From an uncultured bacterium (GTDB lineage Bacteria; Babelota; Babeliae; Babelales; JABCYS01), in NCBI GenBank assembly GCA_963705705.1, contig CAVPKK010000009.1, forward strand, positions 1,740 through 65,739: a stretch of 64,000 nucleotides of DNA. Reading direction: 5' to 3'. Below are positions 1 to 10,176 of the stretch, piece after piece. How positions within the stretch are numbered: position 1 is the stretch's first letter; each line of letters starts with the position of its first letter. The notes under the pieces were generated by a model, which was not told the origin of the DNA, did no database searches, and worked only from the letters and a program-made list of their open reading frames with translations. The position numbers and the translations under genes were made by a program.

Positions 1-427
1 AAAGCATCTAAAGACCAACACGGTCAGATGGCAGCATAGAAACTAATGTTTTTATTTTCTCTTTTGCACATTCAAGGCGATTTGGTTTACAGTCTTGCGC
101 AAGCATTGATCGAGAAATATCTAAGGCAATAAATAAATCTCTACCTTTTTGCTGCACCTGCTCTTCGCGCTTGCCCCATTGTGGATGCAATAATGCAATG
201 AATAAGAAAACCAGTGCCACAATCCAGAGTGCCAATTTAATTTTTGTACGCACGGGCGAATAGCTCTTAAAAAAGGTATCGCGCCATTGCGGTGATGCCA
301 ATTGCGCTAATTGATTATTCACCCGCTTATAACGCAGTACCAGCAAGCCGATGAGCACAAAAAGAATCGGCAAGAAAATGAGGGACTGTACTGAGTCCCA
401 AGTAACGCCTAAAAATGATAACGTCAT
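1..427 (-). CDS. batB: BatB-like von Willebrand factor A (vWA) membrane protein, C-terminus beyond the left edge
   Basis: N-terminal TM helices are followed by the vWA MIDAS motif 'DLFIALDISRSM'. I chose the ATG at 427, which forms an ATGA start/stop overlap with the upstream batA-like gene. The longest ORF would start at 508. Confidence 0.7.
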
Positions 428-1414
428 AGCACCCGCCAGACAAGCGAAGAACAAATAATTTCTAACCCAAGCAATAAAATCACTAGCCAAACAAATGGCA
501 CAAACCAATCATAAATATTTGCAAACATTGGTGTTTCATGGCGTGTCTTTTCTAATTGATCAATCATGTCATAAATCTGGCGAAGCTCACCTGCATTGCG
601 CGCCTCAAAATAATGCCCGTGTGTAAATTCGGCAATCTTTTTCAATAGTGAGCGATTGAACGATTAAAATAACTGGCACATTGCCAAAGAAAGGATCCCG
701 CATATAGGCAACATCCGCTCCAATCCCAATAGTATATACTTTAATGCCAAGCTGCTGAGCCAGTGTAACGGCAGCTTCTGGCGGGCTATCACCAGGCGTT
801 GGCGCGCCATCAGTAAGCAAAATAATAACTTTACTCTTTGCTTTTGATTTTTTTAGCCGCGCACAAGAAATCAGAATTGCTTTAGAAAGCATTGTACCAT
901 TCTCTGGTATTACCCCTATGTGAATGTCTGCAATAATTGATTTGAGTAGTTTGTGATCTAACGTAACTGGTACGCGAGAGACAGCTTCTCGCCCAAAGAT
1001 AACTAGACCCATGGGATCATCCGGCCGTCGATCAATAAATCGGATGGCTTCGCGTTTGGCAATCTCAATACGCTGTTCAGGCTTATTGGGATCATCAAAC
1101 AATTGCATGCTTCCCGAGACGTCCAAGGCCAGCACCATATCAACCCCTTCAACCGACACCTTGGATTGCATATCAACCAATTGTGGTTTGGCGAGTAAGA
1201 AGGCAAGGGTTCCGAGTGCCGTAAACCGAAGAGCGAAAAGAACCATAGGTGCTATATGGCTTGTAGTACCAATTTTCTCTTGTAACCAATGAGCCAGTGG
1301 GTATTTATAGGCAGCCGGCTTGTAATACCACATACGGTATACGGCAAGCATTATGACTGCAAATAATGATGCAATTAGAATGTAAGGGTGCGCAAATTGA
1401 AAGGTCGTTTGCAT
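424..1414 (-). CDS. batA: BatA-like vWA membrane protein, reading frame broken near 670-680 (ORF pieces 605..1414 and 424..645)
   Basis: Two N-terminal TM helices, MIDAS 'VLALDVSGSM', 'IILLTDGAPT', then in another frame 'LLKKIAEFTHGHYFEA...IYDMIDQLEKT' and a C-terminal TM helix. Together the pieces make a normal-length (~330 aa) BatA. Confidence 0.75.
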
Positions 1415-1514
1415 AGATTTCTACGTTCTGATGTTTATCTTGGTAATAAGATACACGACCTAGGCGTTTGAGTCATCAGCTCATGCAGGAAAAAAGTTGT
1501 GAAATCAAGAAAAG

Positions 1515-2249
1515 TTACTTTCTTATTAGCGGCTCGCGTTGCACAAACCAGTTGCGCAGTCGTGCCACAAACTGCTCTTCAGATTCGTTCAACTGGCAAC
1601 TCATTGGTTCACCAATTATCACTTCAATCGGATATGGATAGATCCATGCCGTACGAGGTGGATTAACAATACCAGTATTAATAAGTGCGATAGGCACTAC
1701 TGGGCGTTGCGAATCACATGAAATGATGCCAACACCGCGGAGAAATTTATGCACCGTGCCATCTACGTGTCGACCACCTTCGGGGAAAATCATCAAATCC
1801 ATGGGATATTTGTTGAGTAGCCCGATGGCTGTATCAATTGTCTGTACCGCCCGCCGCGGACTTGCCTCTACTACAATTTGCGTTCTCCGGAATACAAAGT
1901 TCATTAAGCCAAATTTTGCAATTCCAAACCAAAAAACCCAGATGTGCGGACGGGCTGGTACTGATTTACTAACAACTAAAATATCTGTGGTTGACTGGTG
2001 ATTGATGGCAAAAATTACTGGCGCATCTGGAATATTTTGACTGCCTGATACAGTAACTTTAACCCCAGCCGCTAATAAAACTAATGTGGTGAAAAACCGC
2101 TCACCCCATAATAATATGCGTGAATTATAACGGTATTTTTCTGGCAAGCAGGAAATTATTGCCGATGGAATGGCAATTACTAGCACTCCCGGGATCCAGG
2201 CTATGCAGTAAAGGAATGTGCGAAAATAAACGGAGAAATTGTTCTTCAT
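1515..2249 (-). CDS. plsC: 1-acyl-sn-glycerol-3-phosphate acyltransferase
   Basis: Acyltransferase motifs 'NHQSTTD' (HX4D) and 'FPEGGR', with an N-terminal TM segment. Confidence 0.85.
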   Translation of the reverse strand: MKNNFSVYFRTFLYCIAWIPGVLVIAIPSAIISCLPEKYRYNSRILLWGERFFTTLVLLAAGVKVTVSGSQNIPDAPVIFAINHQSTTDILVVSKSVPARPHIWVFWFGIAKFGLMNFVFRRTQIVVEASPRRAVQTIDTAIGLLNKYPMDLMIFPEGGRHVDGTVHKFLRGVGIISCDSQRPVVPIALINTGIVNPPRTAWIYPYPIEVIIGEPMSCQLNESEEQFVARLRNWFVQREPLIRK

Positions 2250-2746
2250 TTTCCAAAATATAGTTGCGATTGTTCATCAATACGTTTTGTATAAAAATTA
2301 GCGATAATGCAAAACAATAATAAATATACAACGCACACAATCCAAACCATCCAGATGGCCATAAACAGAATCATGACCACCTGGCCATAATGGTTATTTG
2401 CAAAAAATAAGAATCTGTCGACCAGAACGCCGAAAAGACTATTTAAATATATGAGACAATCGGTAAAAAGCACAAATACAACCCAAAATGGCGCATTATA
2501 GATCATCATTAATAATGAACGATATACTGAAATAATAATTGAACTGAATGAAATAGGCTCATCAAGGATAAATAAAACAAGCACGGCGAGCCAAGGATTA
2601 ATGGCCGAATCTAAAATGTCGTAATGTTTTGATTGTAAGAAGATCTTTCCAATTATAATCGGCACGAAAAGAATAATAACCACGCTATACCGCAAAAAAG
2701 TTTGCATTAAATAATGGAGATCCTTTCGCGAAACAGACGGACGCAC
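2246..2746 (-). CDS. hypothetical polytopic membrane protein
   Basis: 166-aa ORF made of hydrophobic helices. ATGA-type overlap with plsC. No family recognised. Confidence 0.45.
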   Translation of the reverse strand: MRPSVSRKDLHYLMQTFLRYSVVIILFVPIIIGKIFLQSKHYDILDSAINPWLAVLVLFILDEPISFSSIIISVYRSLLMMIYNAPFWVVFVLFTDCLIYLNSLFGVLVDRFLFFANNHYGQVVMILFMAIWMVWIVCVVYLLLFCIIANFYTKRIDEQSQLYFGK

Positions 2747-2751
2747 AATAA

Positions 2752-3024
2752 TTAATTGGGTCCATTAATCATAACCGTTACCATGGCAGTCAATAACGCA
2801 ACTATCCACCACATTCTATCGGGCGATAATTCATAATGAGAACCAATAAAATGACGCATGGCATATAAAAAACCAGGTAACAGACACACTGCTATAGCAC
2901 CGGTTCGGACAAATACCATAAATGAGTCGTACAGCGCCTTAAGTGTGACCAATGCAAAAATTTTAAATTCCCGCAGCCGAAAAACGGCTAGTGAATCGCG
3001 CCACGAGGTCAATAACTGCGACAT
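2752..3024 (-). CDS. hypothetical small membrane protein
   Basis: 90-aa ORF with two hydrophobic helices directly upstream of 2246..2746. It could be the N-terminal part of that gene. Confidence 0.35.
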   Translation of the reverse strand: MSQLLTSWRDSLAVFRLREFKIFALVTLKALYDSFMVFVRTGAIAVCLLPGFLYAMRHFIGSHYELSPDRMWWIVALLTAMVTVMINGPN

Positions 3025-3241
3025 TGAGTCTCCTAATTTATATCTACTCTCAAATGGCCTTTGTTTACTTTAGTTTATAGGAGGAGGTGCAAAAATATCA
3101 AAGCTTGCTACCATTTGCGGTCAATTTGACCGAGGGCAATTGACTTTTATGGTATATCAACCGTAGTCTGAATAGAGAGTTAGGTGAGATTGGGGCCAGG
3201 CCTTTATTGTGCAACTAGGTATTTGACGGTATAAAAAAGAC

Positions 3242-5677
3242 ATGAAAAAATTACTTATCGTAGAATCTCCCGCCAAGATTAAGACCATCTCGAAATTCCT
3301 GGGTAGGGATTTTAAGATCATGTCCACCGTAGGGCACATCATGGATTTACCTGAGCGAAAGCTTGGTGTGACCATTGATGATAAAAAGATCGAACTCGAG
3401 TATGTGCCCATCAAAGATAAAGAAAAAGTAATCGAAGGCATTGTCGCAGAAGCTAAAAAAGCCGATGAGATTTATCTGGCACCCGATCCTGATCGCGAGG
3501 GAGAGATCATAGCCTGGCATGTTGAACAAGCTATTGAAAAAGCTGATAAAAAGCATGGCGCCATCCATCGCATTACCTATAACGAAATTACCAAAAAGGC
3601 CATTGAAGATGCCATTGCACATCCTCATGATGTCGATTTGAAAATGGTCGCAGCCCAGCAAGCTCGCCGTATTCTTGACCGCTGGGTAGGCTATGAAGTA
3701 TCCCCGATTTTATGGCGCAAAATTCAAAAAGGATTGTCTGCCGGTCGTGTGCAATCAGTTGCACTAAAGATTATTTGCGACCGCGAAGAAGAAATTCGTG
3801 CGTTCAAGCCGCAAGAATATTGGACCATTGATGGTTTATTCAAGCAGCATGGCGCAGAGCTACAAGCACAATTGGCGCAAATCGATAAAAAGAAACCTGA
3901 GATTGGCAATAAAGAACAAGCTGATGCAGTAATCAAAGAGTTGGAACGGGCATCCTATTCGGTAAGCTCAATCGAAGATAAGCAGCGGTCTCGTTCGCCT
4001 CTGGCTCCATTTATGACCAGTACCCTCCAGCAAGCCTCCTATAATACCCTTGGGTTTTCAGTCAAAAAGACCATGCAGGTTGCACAAAACTTGTATGAAG
4101 GTGTGCTACTTGAAGATGGCAGCCCGGTAGCGCTTATTACCTATATGCGAACCGACTCGTTAAAACTTTCAGATACCGCTCTTGGTCAAGCGCGCTCCTA
4201 TATTCAGCAAAAAATCGGCAAAGAATACCTTCCTGAGTCTGCCAATGTGTATGAGCGAAAAGGGAAAGCCGTTGCTGCGCAAGAGGCTCACGAAGCGATT
4301 CGCCCGATTGATATTTCAATCACGCCAGACTACGTCCGCCGGCACGTTGAGCCAGACCAGGCAAAGTTGTATGAGCTTATTTGGAAGCGAACCGTTGCTT
4401 CGCAAATGAAGCCGGCATTATATGCACAACGACAAGTAACCATTACAGGCGCAGGCAAAACTCAAGAATTTATTTTCAAGGTAACTGGCTCCACTTTAAT
4501 CTTCGATGGTTTCTTAAAAGTCTACAACGCTGAAGAAGATGAGAAGAGCGAAGAAGGCAAAGTAGTTATTCCAAAAGAGTTTAAGGCAAAAGCTTCGTGC
4601 GATCTAAAAAAGATACTGCCGAAGCAACATTTTACCCAACCGCCGCCAAGGTTTACTGAAGCATCATTAGTTAAAGATTTGGAAAAAGAAGGCATTGGCC
4701 GCCCGAGTACCTATGCAACTATTTTGAATACTATCCGAGCCAGATCGTATACCACGTTGGATGCCAAAAAACGGTTTGTGCCAACTGAGCTTGGTATGAC
4801 TGTATCCAAAATGCTTACAGAGCATTTGCCCAAGATCATGAATGTGAAGTTCACGGCAGAAATGGAAGAACATTTGGATAAAATCGCTGAGGGAGAAATC
4901 AAACGCGACCAATTATTGCGCAATTTCCATACTGAATTTGAAAAAGAATTGGATACTTTCCGCGGCGAGGCAAAGCGACCAACTGAAAAAACTGATGTTA
5001 CCTGTCCGCTGTGTCATAAAGGAAAATTACTTATCCGATTCGGCAAAGCAGGAAGTTTTTTAGGTTGCGAACGTTATCCGGAATGTAGCTTCACCACCAA
5101 TTTCAAACGTGATGAGGCTGGTAATATCGAACTCGTTAAAGCCGCGGCGCCAGAGATTCTCGATATCATGTGCGAGCTATGCGGTAAGCCATTACGCAAA
5201 TTGGTTGGCAAATATGGACCATTTATTGCCTGCTCAGGGTACCCTGAATGCAAATTTATCCATCAGGAAAAAGCTCCCTTTAAATGCCCGCTCGATGGCG
5301 GTGATGTGGTAAAACGCCGTTGGCGCGGTGGTAGTTTTTGGGGCTGCAGTAACTATCCTAAGTGCAACTTTGCCATCTTTGGTGAAATGGAACAAACCCC
5401 GTGCCCGCGCTGCAATTCGCCTTATTTGATAAAAAAGATAGCAAAAGACGGTTCAGTTATCTTACAATGTGGTAATAAAATGTGCGGCTACCAGCAGATA
5501 ACCGGCCCTGATGGTGAAGTAACGGAAAGTACCATTGTTGCACCAAGCGCTGTGGCAAAATCTGCTTCCGCCAAAGCGAAGGCGGGAAAGGTAACTGAGA
5601 AAAAGAAACCAGTTGCGGCTAAGAAAATTATTAAGGAAACTGCAACCAAAAAAGCGACGAAACCAAAGAAAAGTTAG
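3242..5677 (+). CDS. topA: DNA topoisomerase I
   Basis: TOPRIM N-terminus 'LLIVESPAKIKTISKFLG' and 'DPDREGE'. Active-site tyrosine region 'ITYMRTDS'. Four C-terminal CxxC...CxxC zinc ribbons and a Lys/Ala-rich tail. Confidence 0.97.
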   Translation: MKKLLIVESPAKIKTISKFLGRDFKIMSTVGHIMDLPERKLGVTIDDKKIELEYVPIKDKEKVIEGIVAEAKKADEIYLAPDPDREGEIIAWHVEQAIEKADKKHGAIHRITYNEITKKAIEDAIAHPHDVDLKMVAAQQARRILDRWVGYEVSPILWRKIQKGLSAGRVQSVALKIICDREEEIRAFKPQEYWTIDGLFKQHGAELQAQLAQIDKKKPEIGNKEQADAVIKELERASYSVSSIEDKQRSRSPLAPFMTSTLQQASYNTLGFSVKKTMQVAQNLYEGVLLEDGSPVALITYMRTDSLKLSDTALGQARSYIQQKIGKEYLPESANVYERKGKAVAAQEAHEAIRPIDISITPDYVRRHVEPDQAKLYELIWKRTVASQMKPALYAQRQVTITGAGKTQEFIFKVTGSTLIFDGFLKVYNAEEDEKSEEGKVVIPKEFKAKASCDLKKILPKQHFTQPPPRFTEASLVKDLEKEGIGRPSTYATILNTIRARSYTTLDAKKRFVPTELGMTVSKMLTEHLPKIMNVKFTAEMEEHLDKIAEGEIKRDQLLRNFHTEFEKELDTFRGEAKRPTEKTDVTCPLCHKGKLLIRFGKAGSFLGCERYPECSFTTNFKRDEAGNIELVKAAAPEILDIMCELCGKPLRKLVGKYGPFIACSGYPECKFIHQEKAPFKCPLDGGDVVKRRWRGGSFWGCSNYPKCNFAIFGEMEQTPCPRCNSPYLIKKIAKDGSVILQCGNKMCGYQQITGPDGEVTESTIVAPSAVAKSASAKAKAGKVTEKKKPVAAKKIIKETATKKATKPKKS

Positions 5678-5686
5678 GGTGTTAAT

Positions 5687-6154
5687 ATGAGTAGTAATAA
5701 TCCAAAATCAATCAATCACCGGCTCCAAGTTCAACTTGCAGCCCTTCGCCATGATCTTGAGCAAGCAAAAAATCATGGTTTGAATGGTGAATTCGTAACT
5801 AATCGAAATGAACTATTTCGCCATTTTGTACAATGCGCACGCGAATTTATGGCTTTCATTCCTGCATATTTGCAAAATCGTACTACCGCAACTGATTCTA
5901 TGTCGGAACCAGAACTTATACGCCAATTAGAGCTTGCGGGATTAATCACCCATGAGCAGCATCGCCTGCTATTAACGATGCTCGATGATCAAATTAAAGT
6001 GAAATCTGAACCAAGTAAGTCTCTTGCAGACGATATAGAAAAACGGGTTCGTGAATATTTTCGTTTGATGCTGGAGACGAGCCAGAAAATTGCCAAGGCA
6101 TTAGGTATATCTGAAAAAGGTGAACCTCAGCCAGACATACATGATTTGGTTTAG
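5687..6154 (+). CDS. hypothetical protein (helical)
   Basis: 155-aa ORF 9 nt after topA. No motif recognised with confidence. Confidence 0.45.
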   Translation: MSSNNPKSINHRLQVQLAALRHDLEQAKNHGLNGEFVTNRNELFRHFVQCAREFMAFIPAYLQNRTTATDSMSEPELIRQLELAGLITHEQHRLLLTMLDDQIKVKSEPSKSLADDIEKRVREYFRLMLETSQKIAKALGISEKGEPQPDIHDLV

Positions 6155-8067
6155 TTCAACACAATATGAATGAGCACATCCTCATCAACCTGCAGCGGCC
6201 GTTCTGCGCGCAATTGCATGCAACGTTTTTTTACGCCATAGGCCGGAGACATCCAGCCGTGATGAGCTGTAAAGCGTAGCTGTTCAGACCCAATGCGAGC
6301 AATTAATTCTTTAGAGGTAGCATCAAACAATTCCGCCCATTCGTCACGTATAACAACTGCAATATCTGGCGCCAGGGTAAAATTCCATTGGGTTATGAGA
6401 CCATCGGGATGATCGGTGTGGAGGCTGCTCCACCAATCATGAATTTCAATACCATCATCTTCTACAACCAATGCTCGATGCGCTTTCAAACCAAAACGTG
6501 CATACAAACTGTGATGACTAATTAATGGTGCCGGCAAACCGTTTGTATTAGGCACAAGCCAGGTCACCTTATTTTCTGGTACCGCTAAAGAAAATATCCC
6601 TTCATCAAGAGGAACGGGCTCATATCCTTTAATATAAAAGGAGTTGTGATTGGCTATTGATCTGAAATAATTGCGCCAGGTTTCGGATGGCGTATATACA
6701 TAGCTGCCAGGATCAATGATAAGAGGACGCTGTGTTGCTACTGTAATGCTGCCAGCATCGTTATGCATATGCGAGGCCGGTTGATTTTTGCGTCGGGCAT
6801 GATGGCGCAGGCTCACCCGCCAGGAAGCTTGTACGGCCAATGATAAGCCAAATGATGGATAGTGCCGTATACCTTGTGTGGCAGTTTCTCCAATCAAAAC
6901 TTTATTGATCATATCCTCAGTCAAACCGTGATATAACACACGGCCGCTATCATCATCTCCAATTTTAATATCAGCGAACCAGCGACTGGCGATCATCATG
7001 CCATAAAGTTGTGGCTGGACCCGTGATGCTTCGGCTTCATGGCCAAGTGCTTCGCACAATTTCCAACCATGGTAAACCAATTCAGTAACTAATCGATGGT
7101 AGCTAGTAGTTGATTCATAATCAGTTCCGTCGGCAAATACCTGCTTTTTTACCTCATGCTCAAACTCGGCGGCTGGGGCTTGCGTGTTAAAAAACCAACA
7201 CAGCGACAAATACCCAACTAAATCAGACATGTAATGGTTATTGGTAATGCCATCATATATCTCCCAATTGTTCTCCAAATATTCCATATGGTCATATAAG
7301 GAAACAGTTAGTCGCTCCCAAAAGGGTAAGGGAATTTCTTGATCGCTGCGCATATAACAGATTGCATAAACCAAATTCAATGCACGAATACCCACTTCCA
7401 TTGGGCACACCCAATTTGGCCCCAGCATGTAAGGATTGTTATCAAGCCAATCAGAAACGTGTTCGACGAATGCTTGGGTATATTTTTTATTGCCCGTGAT
7501 GTGGTAGGCATGCGATAATGCGCCGGCATGATAAAACCGAGAAAGCTCCCACGGGCCTTTAATATCTTTTTCTAATGAGTCGGTTGCGCCAACTTCGATG
7601 GGAATATCTTTGTAAAAAAGCCGCGCATTGAATGTAGCTCGTTGCATTGCCGCAAGCTCAGAAATACCTTCCCTGAGAAGTTGCTGATACAAACGCATAT
7701 CCACATGCCAGGGAATATTTTTGAATGAGAATGATCCAGAACCTAATAGATCAAATGTTTTATTAGCAGCTGCATCAGCAATAACTATGGCATCTGCGGC
7801 TGCCGTTGTACCTTCTTTAGGTACTAGATCCGCTAAATAAGAAAGAGATCGTTGAGATTGGAGATGCCAAAAAGTAGAAAATTCGGTGGGAAGAACATGC
7901 TTGGCCGCAATATCATGCCAACTATGGCTGAGTTGACCCTTTTTCGCTTTTGCTCGGATAGTGCGATCCGCCCAAGCCGTTTGCAGGCGCTTGGAAATAA
8001 TTTGCGCAGTTTTACGCGGGCCCAGTGCAACCAGCTTTTTGCTGATTTGCCGAATATGGCCAATCAT
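6151..8067 (-). CDS. heparinase II/III-like family protein
   Basis: Blocks typical of the family: 'WLDNNPYMLGPNWVCPMEVGIRALNLVY', 'ITNNHYMSDLVGYL', 'HMHNDAGSITV...IIDPGSYVYT', 'ANHNSFYIKG'. ATGA overlap with the metG stop. Confidence 0.7.
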   Translation of the reverse strand: MIGHIRQISKKLVALGPRKTAQIISKRLQTAWADRTIRAKAKKGQLSHSWHDIAAKHVLPTEFSTFWHLQSQRSLSYLADLVPKEGTTAAADAIVIADAAANKTFDLLGSGSFSFKNIPWHVDMRLYQQLLREGISELAAMQRATFNARLFYKDIPIEVGATDSLEKDIKGPWELSRFYHAGALSHAYHITGNKKYTQAFVEHVSDWLDNNPYMLGPNWVCPMEVGIRALNLVYAICYMRSDQEIPLPFWERLTVSLYDHMEYLENNWEIYDGITNNHYMSDLVGYLSLCWFFNTQAPAAEFEHEVKKQVFADGTDYESTTSYHRLVTELVYHGWKLCEALGHEAEASRVQPQLYGMMIASRWFADIKIGDDDSGRVLYHGLTEDMINKVLIGETATQGIRHYPSFGLSLAVQASWRVSLRHHARRKNQPASHMHNDAGSITVATQRPLIIDPGSYVYTPSETWRNYFRSIANHNSFYIKGYEPVPLDEGIFSLAVPENKVTWLVPNTNGLPAPLISHHSLYARFGLKAHRALVVEDDGIEIHDWWSSLHTDHPDGLITQWNFTLAPDIAVVIRDEWAELFDATSKELIARIGSEQLRFTAHHGWMSPAYGVKKRCMQLRAERPLQVDEDVLIHIVLN

Positions 8068-10064
8068 GACACACGTGTTCCATCAGGTACACGCTCGGCA
8101 ACGGTCAATGGCTTTACTTTGCCCTCACTATTCTTGGCAAATAACATCATCCCTTCAGACGAAAGGCCAAGCATTGGCCGTGGCGCCAAGTTAAATACAA
8201 ATACGCCCTGCTTTTCAAGAAGATCTTCGGCCGCCAAATCTTTGCGGACTCCGGAAAGGATCACTCGCTTACCATGTGGCCCGAAATCAACCTCAAGGCG
8301 ATACATCTTTTCTGATTTTTCAATCGGATCGCACGCGCGAACGGTACCCACCAGCAGCTCCACCTTGTTAAACTCATTAATGGAAATGATATTATCATTA
8401 GCCTTTGGCGCTTCCGGCTGAGGCACTGCTGGCTGCTCAGAAGGTTCAAATTTAGTAAATAATGGTTCAATTAACTTGAGCATAAACGTTTGACTCCAAG
8501 GTTCGGTTTGCAACTGCTTAATTAAATCATCTGATGATAATGTAAATGAATGTCCAAGTGCTGCAAGCAATGCTTCCATTTTTTTGGGTAGCACAGGCCA
8601 GAGCAAGAATGCAGCTGCTCTTAGGCTATGGCACGTGGCTGATATAATTTCTGCAAATTTTGCTGGATCTGATTTAGCTATCTTCCAGGGCTCTTGCGAG
8701 TGGAAATAGGCATTTGAATGTCCAATAAATTTCCACAATTCGCCTAGAGCCAGATGAAATTGATATTCGCGCATATGTGCTTGGTATAATTCTATGGTAT
8801 TGCGCAGTGAATTTTGGAGTTCACCCGCAGGAACACTCCAATTACCGCAGGCCTTTATTTCTTGCAACCCAAATTTTTGCGCCAAGACCAGCATACGATT
8901 GAGCAAGTTCCCCAGATCATTAGCAAGATCGGTAGAAATTTTTTGTTCTAAATCAGCATCGCTGAACGAACTATCATGCGTAATAGCCATGTAGCGCGTT
9001 AGATAATAGCGCACGGGTTCGGCGCCATAGCGATCAAATAGCAATTGCGGATCGACTACATTGCCCAGCGATTTAGACATTTTTTGCTCGCCAACTTTAA
9101 TCCAGCCGTGGACCAACAAATGCTTTGGCAGTTCTACCCCGGTCGCCATTAAAAATGCAGGCCAATAGACTGCATGAAATCGCACAATATCTTTGCCAAG
9201 CACGTGAAGATCAGGTGGCCACCAGCGCATGTAGGAATTATTCGGCCAGCCCACAGCCGTCAGATAGTTATTGAGCGCGTCAGCCCAAACGTAGACCACA
9301 TGCTTCGGATCGCCGGGAAATGGAATGCCCCAGGAAATAGTGGTGCGCGAGATGCTCAGATCTTTTAATCCCGCCTCCACAAACCGGATGACCTCTGCCG
9401 CTCGTTCCTTGGGTAAAATGAAATTGGCATGTTCACGATAAAATTGTAATAACTGATCTTGGTATTTGGATAATCTAAAAAAGTATGATTCTTCGGAAAC
9501 CCAGTGCGTCGGCCTATTACAAGTGGGGCATGCGGGATCAGTGTCACCCGGCTTGGGTTTATTTGCCGCGACAGAACCATCCCCACCCCGCTCATCAAGG
9601 GAATCCGCTCGTCCTGAGCCTGTCGAAGGATGCGAGCGCGTATTCTCTTCGATCGTCACAAAAGCCTCATCCGGCGTACAATACCATCCCTCATAGAAGC
9701 TCTTATAAATATCGCCCTTCTTCTGAAGCTGCTCGATCCACTGCTGAACTGCTTTTACGTGCTCAGGATCGGTAGTGCGTATAAAATGATCGTACGCTAT
9801 CTCATAAGTATCCCACATACCCTTATATGCCGGGATAAATTGATCAACAAACTTCTTAACTGGCATGCCTGCCTGCTCAGCCGCCTGAGCGATCTTCTGA
9901 CCATGTTCATCAGTGCCGGTCAAAAGAAAGGTGCGGTAACCCATAAGCTTATGCCACCGGGCAGCAACATCGGCTAATACGGTTGAATATAACGATCCAA
10001 GATGCGGCTTGGCAGTTACATAGTAGATGGGAGTGGTTATATAAAATTTTTTGTCGTTAGGCAT
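8064..10064 (-). CDS. metG: methionine--tRNA ligase with a C-terminal EMAP/Trbp111-like tRNA-binding domain
   Basis: 'TTPIYYVTAKPHLGSLY' (HIGH-type), 'KMSKSLGN' (KMSKS), a CPTC zinc knuckle, and a C-terminal 'LLVGTV...LEVDFG...ILSGV' OB-fold domain. Confidence 0.97.
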   Translation of the reverse strand: MPNDKKFYITTPIYYVTAKPHLGSLYSTVLADVAARWHKLMGYRTFLLTGTDEHGQKIAQAAEQAGMPVKKFVDQFIPAYKGMWDTYEIAYDHFIRTTDPEHVKAVQQWIEQLQKKGDIYKSFYEGWYCTPDEAFVTIEENTRSHPSTGSGRADSLDERGGDGSVAANKPKPGDTDPACPTCNRPTHWVSEESYFFRLSKYQDQLLQFYREHANFILPKERAAEVIRFVEAGLKDLSISRTTISWGIPFPGDPKHVVYVWADALNNYLTAVGWPNNSYMRWWPPDLHVLGKDIVRFHAVYWPAFLMATGVELPKHLLVHGWIKVGEQKMSKSLGNVVDPQLLFDRYGAEPVRYYLTRYMAITHDSSFSDADLEQKISTDLANDLGNLLNRMLVLAQKFGLQEIKACGNWSVPAGELQNSLRNTIELYQAHMREYQFHLALGELWKFIGHSNAYFHSQEPWKIAKSDPAKFAEIISATCHSLRAAAFLLWPVLPKKMEALLAALGHSFTLSSDDLIKQLQTEPWSQTFMLKLIEPLFTKFEPSEQPAVPQPEAPKANDNIISINEFNKVELLVGTVRACDPIEKSEKMYRLEVDFGPHGKRVILSGVRKDLAAEDLLEKQGVFVFNLAPRPMLGLSSEGMMLFAKNSEGKVKPLTVAERVPDGTRVS
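9601..9640 (-). repeat. GC-rich interspersed repeat (core CTCAGGA(C/T)GAGCG), in frame inside metG
   Basis: The reverse complement reads cgcatccttcgacaggctcaggacgagcggattccc. A 22-nt stretch 'ggctcaggacgagcggattccc' is identical to 60383-60404. Confidence 0.7.
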
Positions 10065-10176
10065 AGTTTCGCTTCAAATACAGGATAAAAAACTAGAAAT
10101 AGGGGGCTTTTGTTTTTTCACTAATAGCACTTATTCTTAACATTACTAATATTAACGTACATCAAGAGGTAATGCT

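Noticed and set aside
2246-3024. Two adjacent membrane ORFs might be one gene split by a frameshift near 2746-2760
   Set aside because: The downstream frame is open only a few codons upstream of its GTG. I have no family model to show continuity, so I kept them as two hypothetical ORFs.
3126-3158. Possible sigma70-type promoter upstream of topA (TTGACC ... TGgTATATC), and TTGTCA-16-TATATG at 18345-18372
   Set aside because: Hexamer matches like these are expected by chance in AT-rich DNA. The spacing for the topA candidate is non-canonical (21 nt), so neither is reported as a feature.
7852-8421. Plus-strand ORFs antisense to the heparinase-like gene and metG (also 9466..9977, 9174..9368 and 8794..8994)
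   Set aside because: They overlap strongly supported minus-strand genes with clear family motifs, and no independent evidence supports them.
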